From NCBI GenBank assembly GCA_029861425.1, contig JAOTZH010000002.1, positions 1 through 47,204 of the forward strand: a DNA stretch of 47,204 bases, given 5' to 3'. The stretch comes from Gemmatimonadota bacterium (GTDB lineage: Bacteria; Gemmatimonadota; Gemmatimonadetes; Palauibacterales; Palauibacteraceae). The notes below the pieces were generated by a model that did not search any database, had not been told where the DNA came from, and saw only the letters and a list, made by a program, of their open reading frames with translations. Both the position numbers and the translations under genes were made by a program. How positions within the stretch are numbered: position 1 is the first letter of the stretch; each line of letters starts with the position of its first letter. Shown here piece after piece: positions 34,805 to 43,694 of this stretch.

Positions 34805-36141
34805 CAGGAGACCGGCCGCTCGGCGAGACGCGAGATCAGGAGGGCGGCCCGCTTCGTCTGCAGGGCCAGGGTCGGCAGGTCGATCCACTCGTCCACCGTG
34901 TGGTCGTTCCCACCGCCCGGCCCGAGTCCATCGATCGCCATGTCCACGAGTCCCGTCGTGAACGCGACATCGGCGGCGCCGGCATTCCGGGGGTTCACCG
35001 CGCTGACGGGCCCCGCCCCCAGGTCGCGGCTCACCTGGTCGAACATGGCGAGCAGACGACGGTTGCCGTCCGAGGGCGCCAGCGGCGGATACCCATCGTC
35101 GAAGGTGATCTCGGCCGTCGTGCCGGGGAGGTTCTGACCCGCGACGAACCGCATGACGGAGCGGGCCGACTCGAGCTGATCGAGCGTAATGGTTCGGAGA
35201 TCGCCCGTGATCGTGGCCCGGCCGGCCACGACGTTGCTCTTCCCGAAGGCGTCGCCCGATGCGGAGAAGGCGTCGTACTCCACTTCCGTCCCCGCCACCA
35301 CGACCCCCGGGTTGAACGTCAGGAGAGGCTCGCCCGCGAGACGGTCGTAGAACCCCGACAGGATGCGCGAGGCCTCGTAGATCGCGCCCGCGCCCACTTC
35401 GGGCTGGAAGAGCTGGGAGGAGTGGGCCGGCGTGCCCGTCACCTCGAGACGCCACCCGGTGGACCCGCGCCGGGCGACGACGGCCGTGGCCGGATTGCTG
35501 TCTCCGTTCTCGAACGCGATGGCGATGTCGGCCGCGTCCGCCGCCTCGACGATCGCGGCCTTCGACAGATCGAGTGGCCTGCCGCTGCGCTCTTCGTCAC
35601 CCGTCATCACCACGGTAATCGTAACGGCGTCCAGTCCTCCCGCTGCCGCCAGCGCCTTCAGCGCATGGACGATGATCACATCCCCACCCTTCATGTCCAC
35701 GACGCCGGGCCCGGCCGCGCGTTCACCTTCGCGCTCGAAGGTCTGGAAGGCGCTCTCGGGCTCGAACACCGTGTCCAGGTGTCCGATCAACAGCAGATGG
35801 GGGCCGCGGTCCCCATGGCGCGCGACCAGGTGCCCCGCCCTGTCGAACGGCCCGCCGTCGACCCACTCCGTCTCGAACCCGAGGGCATCGAACTCGGCCC
35901 GGAGGAGGCTGCCGACTGCTTGCACCCCTTCGAAGTTCATCGTGCCGCTGTTGATGTTGACGAGACGCTCGAGGAGGGCGATCGCGGCGTCGGCCTCACT
36001 CTCGACCGCGGAGACGATCCGGCTCTCCCGTTCGCTGAGCTGTTGCGCGTGCAGGGCGGAGGAAACGGTCAGCAGGGCCCCGGCGACCAGGCCGGCGACC
36101 AGCGGTTTCCAGGGCTTCGTCAGAGGCGAGACACGGTTCAT
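34804..36141 (-). CDS. M20 family peptidase, carboxypeptidase G2-like, exported
   Basis: Signal peptide (KPLVAGLVAGALLTVSSALHAQQ). Blocks LERLVNINSGT, LLLIGHLDTVFE, GPGVVDMKGG, MTGDEERSG. Confidence 0.8.
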   Translation of the reverse strand: MNRVSPLTKPWKPLVAGLVAGALLTVSSALHAQQLSERESRIVSAVESEADAAIALLERLVNINSGTMNFEGVQAVGSLLRAEFDALGFETEWVDGGPFDRAGHLVARHGDRGPHLLLIGHLDTVFEPESAFQTFEREGERAAGPGVVDMKGGDVIIVHALKALAAAGGLDAVTITVVMTGDEERSGRPLDLSKAAIVEAADAADIAIAFENGDSNPATAVVARRGSTGWRLEVTGTPAHSSQLFQPEVGAGAIYEASRILSGFYDRLAGEPLLTFNPGVVVAGTEVEYDAFSASGDAFGKSNVVAGRATITGDLRTITLDQLESARSVMRFVAGQNLPGTTAEITFDDGYPPLAPSDGNRRLLAMFDQVSRDLGAGPVSAVNPRNAGAADVAFTTGLVDMAIDGLGPGGGNDHTVDEWIDLPTLALQTKRAALLISRLAERPVS

Positions 36142-36201
36142 GGAGGGCGGGTCCTCTGGCTGTACGGGAACGTGGCGACCGCGATCGCTACAATATGCGG
36201 T

Positions 36202-36948
36202 CTACTCATCGTCGTGGGGAGCGACATGCGCCCCGGCCGTCTCCGCGGCTCGGCGCACGGCGGCGACGACAGTCGCACTGGTGCCCGCCAGCGCGGCCCC
36301 GGTCTCCCGAAACGTCCCGTGCACCTGCGTGCACCCGGTGCGGCGAACGAGGTCACTCGCGTTCCCGGGCCCGATACCCGCCCCCGGGAGGACTTCGATC
36401 CGGCCGCGCGCCTGGCGGATCAGACGCGCGATCTGTGCGGCCCCCTCTGGAGCGGTCCGGGCCCCGCCGGAGGTGAGGACACGGGAGACGCCGGCGGACA
36501 CCAGCGTCTCGAGGGCGCCCTCCTGATCCTGTATCACGTCGAAGGCGCGATGAAAGACGACCTCGGCGCCGACGACACTGGCGACGAGCCGGACCAGAGC
36601 GTCCTCGTCGATGCTCCCCTTCGGCGTGAGGGGGCCGATGGCGATTCCTGCCGCTCCAACCGAGACAAACCGGGCAGCGGTGTCTAGCATGTCGTCGAGC
36701 TCGGCCGGCCTGTAGACGAATCCCCGGTCGTGCGGTCGGACCATCGCGATGGTCGGGAGATCGACGGCCTCGACGACGTCCACCAGCAGATCGATCGGGG
36801 GCGTGAGCCCGTCCCGGTCCAGCGCCCGGTTGAGCTCGAGTCGGTCGGCCCCTCCCACCGCCGCCGCCTCGGCGTCGGCCACGGATGCGACACAGGCCTC
36901 GATCGTCAGTGTCGATCGAGGCCTGTGGCCCTGCGTCGGCGAAGTCAC
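36202..36948 (-). CDS. cutC: Copper homeostasis protein CutC family
   Basis: TLTIEACVASVADAEAAAVGGADRLELNRALDRDGLTPP... and FHRAFD, ...RVLTSGG match CutC blocks. ORF 36202..37122 trimmed to GTG 36948 so that it starts after the ankyrin gene stop (36980). The start is uncertain. Confidence 0.7.
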   Translation of the reverse strand: MTSPTQGHRPRSTLTIEACVASVADAEAAAVGGADRLELNRALDRDGLTPPIDLLVDVVEAVDLPTIAMVRPHDRGFVYRPAELDDMLDTAARFVSVGAAGIAIGPLTPKGSIDEDALVRLVASVVGAEVVFHRAFDVIQDQEGALETLVSAGVSRVLTSGGARTAPEGAAQIARLIRQARGRIEVLPGAGIGPGNASDLVRRTGCTQVHGTFRETGAALAGTSATVVAAVRRAAETAGAHVAPHDDE

Positions 36949-36979
36949 TGGCCGGCGCCCGCGGTCTGGTTGGCGCGCG

Positions 36980-38986
36980 TCAGCAGGACATGCAGTTGTG
37001 GTTGTTCTTCGAACCGAGCTTCTCGAGCAGCGCGACCGTCTCGGGGAACGGCGACACGCGCTGAACCGGCCCGTTGGCCAGATCCGCTGTCGTCTGACCC
37101 CGGCGGCTGACCACCGTGACATCGCCGCCCATGGACACGAGGTACTCGATCATTTCGTTGTCGCCGCGCGCCGCCGCATGATGCATCGGCGTGTAGGCGT
37201 TGTGGTCGCGCAGGTTGACGTCCGCGCCCAGCTCCTCAATCAGGTAGCGGACCGACGTCATCCAGGCGTCGGGAGCGTGACGGTGCGCATTCCCCGCAAA
37301 CCCTTCGCCGTATCCGACCCCCGAAGCCGCGTGGATCGGAGCCACGGCGGGTCCACCGGCGGGCACCGGAGACAGCCCCGATGGATCGGGACGCTCGGCA
37401 CGAATCGAATCGGCGATGTCGTATATCGCGAGTACCTGATCGCGAGCCGTCGTCGGATCGGCCTCGAGGTAGACATCCGGGTACACGACCCCGATCGAAT
37501 CCGGCAGCTCGTCACGAAGGCTGGCAATCAGCTTGACCGCCGCAGAGTCCTCCATCTCATCGAAGTCGGCCTGCGTCAGCCGGTTCCGCGCCTGGCGTCG
37601 CAAGAACTCGTCCGTCGTCAGCCGGGCGCGACGCGGCGGCGCGAGCGTGGCGATCTCCGGATCGGCCCCGTACGACACGAGCAGCCGCATCGCGGCGACA
37701 TCGGTCGCGTAGGCCGCCCGCCAGAAGGCGGTGGACCCGTTGGTATCGACGAGACCGCAGTTCCGGTTTCCACACCCGGTGTAGACCATGTACCAGGGGT
37801 GCTTGGTCAGCCTGGCGTCCGGATCCGCTCCGGCCTCGAGAACGGCAGTCATCAGATCGAGGTAGCTGGTCGCCTGAAGCCCTCGCTGCTGCGGCTGCGG
37901 GAAGCGCGTGCGTGGCTGCCACTCCGCGTTGACGGCCGCCCAGAGCGGCGTGACTCCATTCAGATCGGAGGCGATGTTCGGGTCCGCCCCACGCTCCACC
38001 AGCAGGCGGGCGAGATCGAATTGACCGTTGATCGTGGCCATGAGGAGCGGCGAAGTCCCGTCCGCCGCGCTCACCTGATCGATGTCCGCCCCGCCGTCCA
38101 GGAGGGCCATCGTGGCCTCCGCATACCCCTGGCGTACGGCGTGAAGGAGCGGAGTGAGGCCCCCGGTCTTCTGGATCGGCGGCGTGAAGAGCGCGCGGAG
38201 ATCGTCCTCCTCGGTCTTTTCTTCTGCCTCCTCGTCCTCTTCTTCCTCGGCCGGCTGCAGGTAGATCTCGCGACCGGCACGGACGGCGGCTTGAAGCTCG
38301 GCGGAGGTCACCTGACGCTCCTCCTTGCCGCGGAACGCTTTCATGACCTCGTTCTGACGCGCCTGCGCCGAACGCTCGAGCTTCTGCATCCGGTCGAGGT
38401 CGATGACCCTCGACGTCAGGGAGGGATCGGCCCCTCGCTCGAGCAGCATGGCGATCGCGGTCGCACGATTCCGGGCGGCGGCAAACGTCAGGGGAGTCTG
38501 ATCCCACTCGCTCTCGCGGGCGTCCGGGTCGGCCCCATGGTCGATCAGGAGGCCGACGACCTCCGGGTCGCCGGCGGCTGCCGCCAGGTGGAGCGGGGTG
38601 GCCCCCGTCGTGGATGCGGCGGCCCTCGCATCGCTTCCGCCCTCGAGCAGCATGCGCGCGGTCGTCGGATCTCCGCTCCGGCTCGCGAGGTGAAGCGGCG
38701 TGTAATGTCCGATGCGCGTGACGGCCTCGACGTTCGCGCCGGCGTAGATCAGCATGCCGGCCAGCTCCGCGTCACCGCGCTCGGCCGCCCAGTGCAGCGC
38801 CGTCATGCCGTCGCCCTGCGCGGCGTTCACGTCCGCGCCGGCCCGAAGGAGCTCCCGGACGGCGTCGGCGTCTCCTCTCATGGCCGCGTCCGCCACCGGC
38901 GAGTCGGGCGCCGGCGCCGCCGCCACGAGCACCGCCAGGAAGACTGCGGAAATCCCTCGTCTGGCGGCGTCCTTCACGCGGTTCAC
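36980..38986 (-). CDS. Secreted ankyrin-repeat protein (about 10 repeats) with acidic insert and C-terminal HNCMSC tail
   Basis: ORF trimmed to GTG 38986 (GTGA overlap with the DUF1552 stop). N-terminus VNRVKDAARRGISAVFLAVLVAAAPAPDS is a signal peptide. Repeated ANK units (GMTALHWAAERGDAELAGMLIYAGANV, YTPLHLASRSGDPTTARMLLEGGSD, ATPLHLAAAAGDPEVVGLLIDHGADP, ... YTPMHHAAARGDNEMIEYLVSMGGDV). Confidence 0.8.
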   Translation of the reverse strand: MNRVKDAARRGISAVFLAVLVAAAPAPDSPVADAAMRGDADAVRELLRAGADVNAAQGDGMTALHWAAERGDAELAGMLIYAGANVEAVTRIGHYTPLHLASRSGDPTTARMLLEGGSDARAAASTTGATPLHLAAAAGDPEVVGLLIDHGADPDARESEWDQTPLTFAAARNRATAIAMLLERGADPSLTSRVIDLDRMQKLERSAQARQNEVMKAFRGKEERQVTSAELQAAVRAGREIYLQPAEEEEDEEAEEKTEEDDLRALFTPPIQKTGGLTPLLHAVRQGYAEATMALLDGGADIDQVSAADGTSPLLMATINGQFDLARLLVERGADPNIASDLNGVTPLWAAVNAEWQPRTRFPQPQQRGLQATSYLDLMTAVLEAGADPDARLTKHPWYMVYTGCGNRNCGLVDTNGSTAFWRAAYATDVAAMRLLVSYGADPEIATLAPPRRARLTTDEFLRRQARNRLTQADFDEMEDSAAVKLIASLRDELPDSIGVVYPDVYLEADPTTARDQVLAIYDIADSIRAERPDPSGLSPVPAGGPAVAPIHAASGVGYGEGFAGNAHRHAPDAWMTSVRYLIEELGADVNLRDHNAYTPMHHAAARGDNEMIEYLVSMGGDVTVVSRRGQTTADLANGPVQRVSPFPETVALLEKLGSKNNHNCMSC

Positions 38987-40398
38987 CCGCCCTGCGATAC
39001 GGAGGAGGCGGATGTGAGCGAGAGCTCGCCGGTGCTGTCGCCGAAGCTCTTCATGTCCTCGTGGCCCAGACCCCGAAGAACCGTGAGCATCGCGTTCGCC
39101 ATCGGCGTCTCGTCCGGCGCCTGGATGTGCATGTTGCCCTCGAACATGCCGTTTCCCTTCCCGAGGAAGATCAGCGGCGCCCGGCGATGGTTGTGGAGGT
39201 TCGAGTCCGCCATCGGTGAGCCCCACATCACGACGGTCTTGTCGAGCAGGGGGCTGTCGCCCTCCATCGTGTTCTGGAGCTTGTCGATCAGGTACGGGAG
39301 CTGTCCGACCCGGAACGTACAGATCTTGTTGAACTCCATGACCCCCTCCTCGCGGCCCCCGTGGTGCGAGGCCGGGTGGAACGGACGATCCGAGCCGCTC
39401 TCGGGGAACACCCGATTCTGCGCGTCCCGCCCGGTCTTGAAGGAGATTACCCGGGTCATGTCGGTCTCGAGCGCGAGCACCTGAATGTCGAACATCAGCT
39501 GCATGTGCTCGGTGAACGAGTCCGGGACACCCGCCGGAGCTTCCGGAAGCGCCCGCTCTTCGCCACTCGCGTTACGTACCTCGATCATCTCGATCCGCCG
39601 CTCGAGCTCGCGGACGTTGTTGAGGTACTGGTCCATGCGAAGCGAGTCCTCGGCGCCGAGCTGGCGCTTGACCGTGGCGACCTCTCCCGCGATCCAGTCC
39701 AGGAGGCTCTTGCGGGTCTGCCGGCGCGCCTCGCGCTCCTCCGGCGAACCGCCCGCACCGAACAGCATGTCGAACGCGACGCGCGGATCGCGGATCATTG
39801 GAAGGGGCTCGGTCGGCGAGGCCCAGCTGAGCGAATCCGTATACGCGCAGGAGTAGTTGTAGGTGCAACCGCCGGCCTGATCGAGGTTCTCGATGCAGAA
39901 CTGCATCGACGGCATCGGCGTATCCTGCCCGAAGCGCTGCGCATACAGCTGGTCCATCGACGTGCCGCAGTAGATATCGGATCCCTGCGTCTGTTTCGGG
40001 TGCGACTGCGTGAGGAACACCGCGCTCGACCGGAAGTGGTCGCCGCCGATTTCGGGCGGCGTGAACGCCTCCGCCATCCGAACGTCGGTGTTCGAGACGA
40101 TGGTGAGCTGGTCCTGGTAGGGGCGCAGCGACGCGAGTGCGCTGTCGTCGATGAGCTGGAAGTCACGGCCCACCTTTTCCGGAGCGAACAGGTTCTGCGT
40201 GGCTCCCCACTCGTTGCACCCCGCCAGCCCGTGCACCTCCTCGATGCAGATCAGCCGGGTCTGGGAGTTCTTCGCGAGCTCGCGGCTCCAGAGTCGCCCT
40301 GCCGGGACCATTGCGGTCAGGAACGGGAGGGCCACCGTCGCCCCGGCGCCCCGGAGGAAGGTCCGCCGCGGAATGTGCTTGCCGCTGATGAATTCCAT
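38983..40398 (-). CDS. DUF1552 (HXXSHH) family protein with Tat signal
   Basis: ATG 40398 preceded by GAGGAG. MEFISGKHIPRRTFLRGAGATVALPFLTAM is the family-typical Tat leader. The HPASHH motif is encoded at 39361-39378. Confidence 0.85.
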   Translation of the reverse strand: MEFISGKHIPRRTFLRGAGATVALPFLTAMVPAGRLWSRELAKNSQTRLICIEEVHGLAGCNEWGATQNLFAPEKVGRDFQLIDDSALASLRPYQDQLTIVSNTDVRMAEAFTPPEIGGDHFRSSAVFLTQSHPKQTQGSDIYCGTSMDQLYAQRFGQDTPMPSMQFCIENLDQAGGCTYNYSCAYTDSLSWASPTEPLPMIRDPRVAFDMLFGAGGSPEEREARRQTRKSLLDWIAGEVATVKRQLGAEDSLRMDQYLNNVRELERRIEMIEVRNASGEERALPEAPAGVPDSFTEHMQLMFDIQVLALETDMTRVISFKTGRDAQNRVFPESGSDRPFHPASHHGGREEGVMEFNKICTFRVGQLPYLIDKLQNTMEGDSPLLDKTVVMWGSPMADSNLHNHRRAPLIFLGKGNGMFEGNMHIQAPDETPMANAMLTVLRGLGHEDMKSFGDSTGELSLTSASSVSQGG

Positions 40399-40445
40399 AT
40401 TCGTGGGTCTCCTCACACCTCGGTTCCAACCCAGTCGGTGTCCGC

Positions 40446-42950
40446 CTAGCGGCGCTCTTCCTGGGAGACTTCATCCGTTGCGATCGGCGCGCTCTCCACG
40501 CCGCCCAGCTTCTTCAGGAAGGCGTCGCTGCCCACGACGCCCAGGATCAGCGACGTGAGACGATAACCGTCCGACTCAGCGTCGTTCACGATCGCCCGGA
40601 CCGCGGGCTGATCGAAATGCTCTACTCGCCGGCCCAGCGCATAGGCCATGAGGTTCTCGGTGAAGGTCCGCATGAGCGGCAGCGGTCGACTCAGGAGCAC
40701 GGCCGTGAGCTCGGCGGGATTGGATACCGGCGTCCCGTCGTAGAAATCACCGCGCGTGTCGAGTGGCATCCCGTTCTCGCGCTGACGCCACTTGCCGGTC
40801 ACGTCGAAGTTGTCGAGCGCCAGACCGATCGGGTCCATGAAGCGGTGGCACGAACGACACGCCGGGCTGGCCCGATGCATCTCCATTCTCTCCCGGGTCG
40901 TGAGCATTCGCCCGTCCTTCGACCCTTCCGTTTCGTCGAGATCCGGGACACCGGGCGGAGGAGGAGGAGGAGGGGTGCCGAGCAGAACCTCCATGACCCA
41001 CTTGCCCCGCAATACGGGGGACGTGCGGTTCGCGAGCGACGTCAGCACGAGGACGCTTCCCTGACCCAGAACCCCGCGCCGCGTGTCGTCCGGATACTGG
41101 ATCTTCCGGAAGTGCGCGCCCGCGACATCCGGGAACCCGTAGTGGCCGGCGAGACGCTCGTTCACGAACGTGTAGTCTGCGGTGAACAGCTCGAGCGCGC
41201 TGCGGTCCTCGCTCACGAGATTGTAGAAGAAGAGCTCGGTCTCGCGGCGCATCGCGTCCGCCACGTTCTCGTCGAAGTCCGGATAGAAGTTCGGGTCGGG
41301 CCGGACCTTGTGGAGATCCTGTAGACGCAGCCACTGCGCGACGAAGCGTGTGCCGAGCGCCTCCGCCCGCGGGTCCGCGAGCATCCGTCGCGCCTGCGCC
41401 TCGAGGACGTCCGGGTCCGTGAGCGTCCCCTCGTCGGCGGCCGCCCGAAGCTCCTCATCCGGGGGCAGACCCCACAGGAAGAACGAGAGACGAGACGCGA
41501 TGTCGGAATCGCTCAACCGGAAGGACTCGCCTGAGGCGACCCCCTCGGGCTCGCGCTCGAGCCGCAGAACGAAGAAGGGGCTCACGAGGATCGCTTCGAG
41601 GCCCATCCGGACGCCGGTCTCGAAGCCGCCTTCGGCCGAGCCGATGTCGTAGAAGGACATGAGCCCCTCTAGGTCGCGCTCGGTCGCAGGCCGTCGGTAC
41701 GCGCGCGTGGCCAGCCGCCGCAGAATCTCCGCGGCACACGACGGCCGCTCCTCGGGAGACGTCGGCCTGCACGTGAATACGCGGGCGCGCGTCTCCGATT
41801 CGGAGACGCCGGTCGCATTGTACGGTCCGCCGATCGTCAGACCCTCGAGATGGGGGAGCGTCGTCACGCCGCTGCCGCCAGATCCGCCGCCGGCGTTCGA
41901 CCAGTCGTGCGGGCGAATCAGGTCCTCGTAGGGTCCGTCGGAGCGTTTGATGAAAGCCGCGGACACCCGGCGCTGTCCAGCCCGCACGAAGATCCGCTCG
42001 GTGCCGACCGGCGCCGCGCCGCGATTGTCCGCGCCCTGGCCCGTACGGGTGAAGTGGACGAGAGAGACGCGCTCGCCGTCGATCGAGACATCGACGTCTT
42101 CGAGTCGCGAGTTCGCTCCTGAGCCGAACGTGAGCTCGAAGACGTACTCCCCGTCCGCTGGGAACACGTGATCGACCACGATTCCGCCGCGCGTCCCGTA
42201 GGGGGCCCCTTCGACATGGTCCCAGGGATGCTGAGAGACGTATTGCGAGTTCCTGTACGTCTTGTTGATCGCCGGAGCGGCACGATCCCCGATCGCCATG
42301 CGGCTGATCTCCGCTGCGGCGTTCAGATAGGCGTCGATCAGGGTCGGGGAGAGCGCCTGCACGTCGGCGATGTTGTCGAAGTTCGCGCTCATCTGATCGA
42401 GCGGAAGCCAGTCGCCCGCGTCGACATCGAGACCCAACAGATCGAGCACGGCGCGCTCGTATTCGGGCCGGTTCAGCCGCTGGAAGGTCCGGCGACCCGG
42501 ATTCGGTCTGTCGATCGCTGCCTCATCGAGGATTTCCTCGAGCCCTTCGGCGAGACTGAGCAGGGTATCCGCGCCGGGAGCCCTCGTCCCGGGTGGAGGC
42601 ATCATGCCCGCCCGCAGCTTGCGGATCATCTTCTCCGCGACCTCGCCGTACTCGTCCGGCCGATGGGCGTCGAATTCCTCTAGCGAGAGATTTCCACGCA
42701 ACCGGTCGTCGTTGTGGCAGCGGACGCAGACACCCTGAACGACCTCGTTGAGGTCGATTTCGGCGGTCGCGTGTCGAAGGCTGGGGCTTGCCGGCGTTAC
42801 GGCGGCCAGGCGCGCCGCGATGGCGGCGACCTCGTCGCCGGATCGAGCCGGGACAGACGTCGCCTGTTGCGGCATCGACGCGTGGAGCGCGGAATGGCCG
42901 CTGATCACCATCAACGCGCCCATCGTCCAGCGCGCGGCGTGTAATTTCAT
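40446..42950 (-). CDS. Planctomycete-type multidomain protein (DUF1587/DUF1592/DUF1595/DUF1588/DUF1585 architecture) with two CxxCH motifs
   Basis: Signal peptide MKLHAARWTMGALMVISGHSALHA (ATG 42950 with GGAG 10 nt upstream; an alternative ATG is at 42968). CVRCH at 42714-42728. CRSCHRFMDPIGLALDNFDVTGKWR at 40845-40859 is the conserved C-terminal block of this family, which is the canonical partner of DUF1552 genes. Confidence 0.85.
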   Translation of the reverse strand: MKLHAARWTMGALMVISGHSALHASMPQQATSVPARSGDEVAAIAARLAAVTPASPSLRHATAEIDLNEVVQGVCVRCHNDDRLRGNLSLEEFDAHRPDEYGEVAEKMIRKLRAGMMPPPGTRAPGADTLLSLAEGLEEILDEAAIDRPNPGRRTFQRLNRPEYERAVLDLLGLDVDAGDWLPLDQMSANFDNIADVQALSPTLIDAYLNAAAEISRMAIGDRAAPAINKTYRNSQYVSQHPWDHVEGAPYGTRGGIVVDHVFPADGEYVFELTFGSGANSRLEDVDVSIDGERVSLVHFTRTGQGADNRGAAPVGTERIFVRAGQRRVSAAFIKRSDGPYEDLIRPHDWSNAGGGSGGSGVTTLPHLEGLTIGGPYNATGVSESETRARVFTCRPTSPEERPSCAAEILRRLATRAYRRPATERDLEGLMSFYDIGSAEGGFETGVRMGLEAILVSPFFVLRLEREPEGVASGESFRLSDSDIASRLSFFLWGLPPDEELRAAADEGTLTDPDVLEAQARRMLADPRAEALGTRFVAQWLRLQDLHKVRPDPNFYPDFDENVADAMRRETELFFYNLVSEDRSALELFTADYTFVNERLAGHYGFPDVAGAHFRKIQYPDDTRRGVLGQGSVLVLTSLANRTSPVLRGKWVMEVLLGTPPPPPPPGVPDLDETEGSKDGRMLTTRERMEMHRASPACRSCHRFMDPIGLALDNFDVTGKWRQRENGMPLDTRGDFYDGTPVSNPAELTAVLLSRPLPLMRTFTENLMAYALGRRVEHFDQPAVRAIVNDAESDGYRLTSLILGVVGSDAFLKKLGGVESAPIATDEVSQEERR

Positions 42951-42980
42951 AGGGTCGGCTCCGTGCAACTTCCAATCCCT

Positions 42981-43010
42981 AGCCTAGTTGCGAAAAGCCA
43001 CTAATGGCAA
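42981..43010 (-). promoter_or_regulatory. Candidate sigma70-like promoter for the DUF1592 operon (TTGCCA-N18-TAGGCT on the minus strand)
   Basis: Relatively AT-rich patch. The reverse complement reads ccTTGCCAttagtggcttttcgcaacTAGGCTagg. The predicted TSS would lie just upstream of the ATG at 42968/42950. This is a hexamer match only. Confidence 0.2.
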
Positions 43011-43166
43011 GGTTGAAAGGCCCGTCGGACCTTCGAGTTCGAGGGGTCGTGAGCGTGCAAGAATCGAGCGCTCGCACAGTCCGGGGACGCCTTCTCCGAT
43101 CCGCTCATGGAATCAACACATGAGACGGGCATCCGCTTAATGCGGTTTCTCGCAAGGACCCGACCA

Positions 43167-43694
43167 CTACGGGTAAGGCGTGAACTCGAACTTCTGACCG
43201 GCAAGCGATGCTTCGGCCATCGCCCCGCCCTTCGGGCGTGTGAAGACGGCGAGGCCGTTGCTGTAGTTGGCGCTCGCCGCCACACCCGAGGTGACGATCA
43301 CCGCGGAAACGGCCGACGAGAACTCCAGGTTGCCGTCGATCAGGCGCTGGAGAGCTCCCTCGTTCTGGAAGAAGATGACCTCGCTATAGGACTGGCCCCC
43401 GATCTGGAGGCCGACCGACACGAGAGCCATCTCGAGCTCGCCGATGAGGTCGCCCCCCTCGAAGACCTGACCGGTGCCGTGCGCGGCGCCCACGATGAAC
43501 CCGCCCTTCCCCACATTGGGAAGCACCGCGTAGGCGTGGGCCGTCTCGAACCACTCCTCCATCCCCTCATCGGCCTCGACGAAGGCGTCGATCGTCTCGG
43601 TCACGTCGTCCCGAACGTCTTGTGCGCCAAGGGCTTCGGCCGCAGCGAAGGAGGCCGCCACCGACAGGGCGATCGCGGTCGGCAGGTGTCTCAT
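43167..43694 (-). CDS. SYLF (DUF500/Ysc84-like) lipid-binding domain protein, exported
   Basis: ORF trimmed to ATG 43694 (GGAGAGGG upstream). Signal peptide MRHLPTAIALSVAASFAAAEALGAQ. SYLF blocks: AYAVLPNVGKGGFIVGAAHGTGQVF, VSVGLQIGGQSYSEVIFF, LAVFTRPKGGAMAEASLAGQKF. Confidence 0.75.
   Translation of the reverse strand: MRHLPTAIALSVAASFAAAEALGAQDVRDDVTETIDAFVEADEGMEEWFETAHAYAVLPNVGKGGFIVGAAHGTGQVFEGGDLIGELEMALVSVGLQIGGQSYSEVIFFQNEGALQRLIDGNLEFSSAVSAVIVTSGVAASANYSNGLAVFTRPKGGAMAEASLAGQKFEFTPYP

Noticed and set aside
42990-43166. tRNA-like or small-RNA signal (GAGTTCGAGGGG, small CCGC-TTAAT-GCGG hairpin) in the SYLF/DUF1592 intergenic region.
   Set aside because: I could not assemble a cloverleaf (acceptor, D and anticodon arms), and the T-loop-like string is isolated. 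The hairpin has only a 4-5 bp stem.
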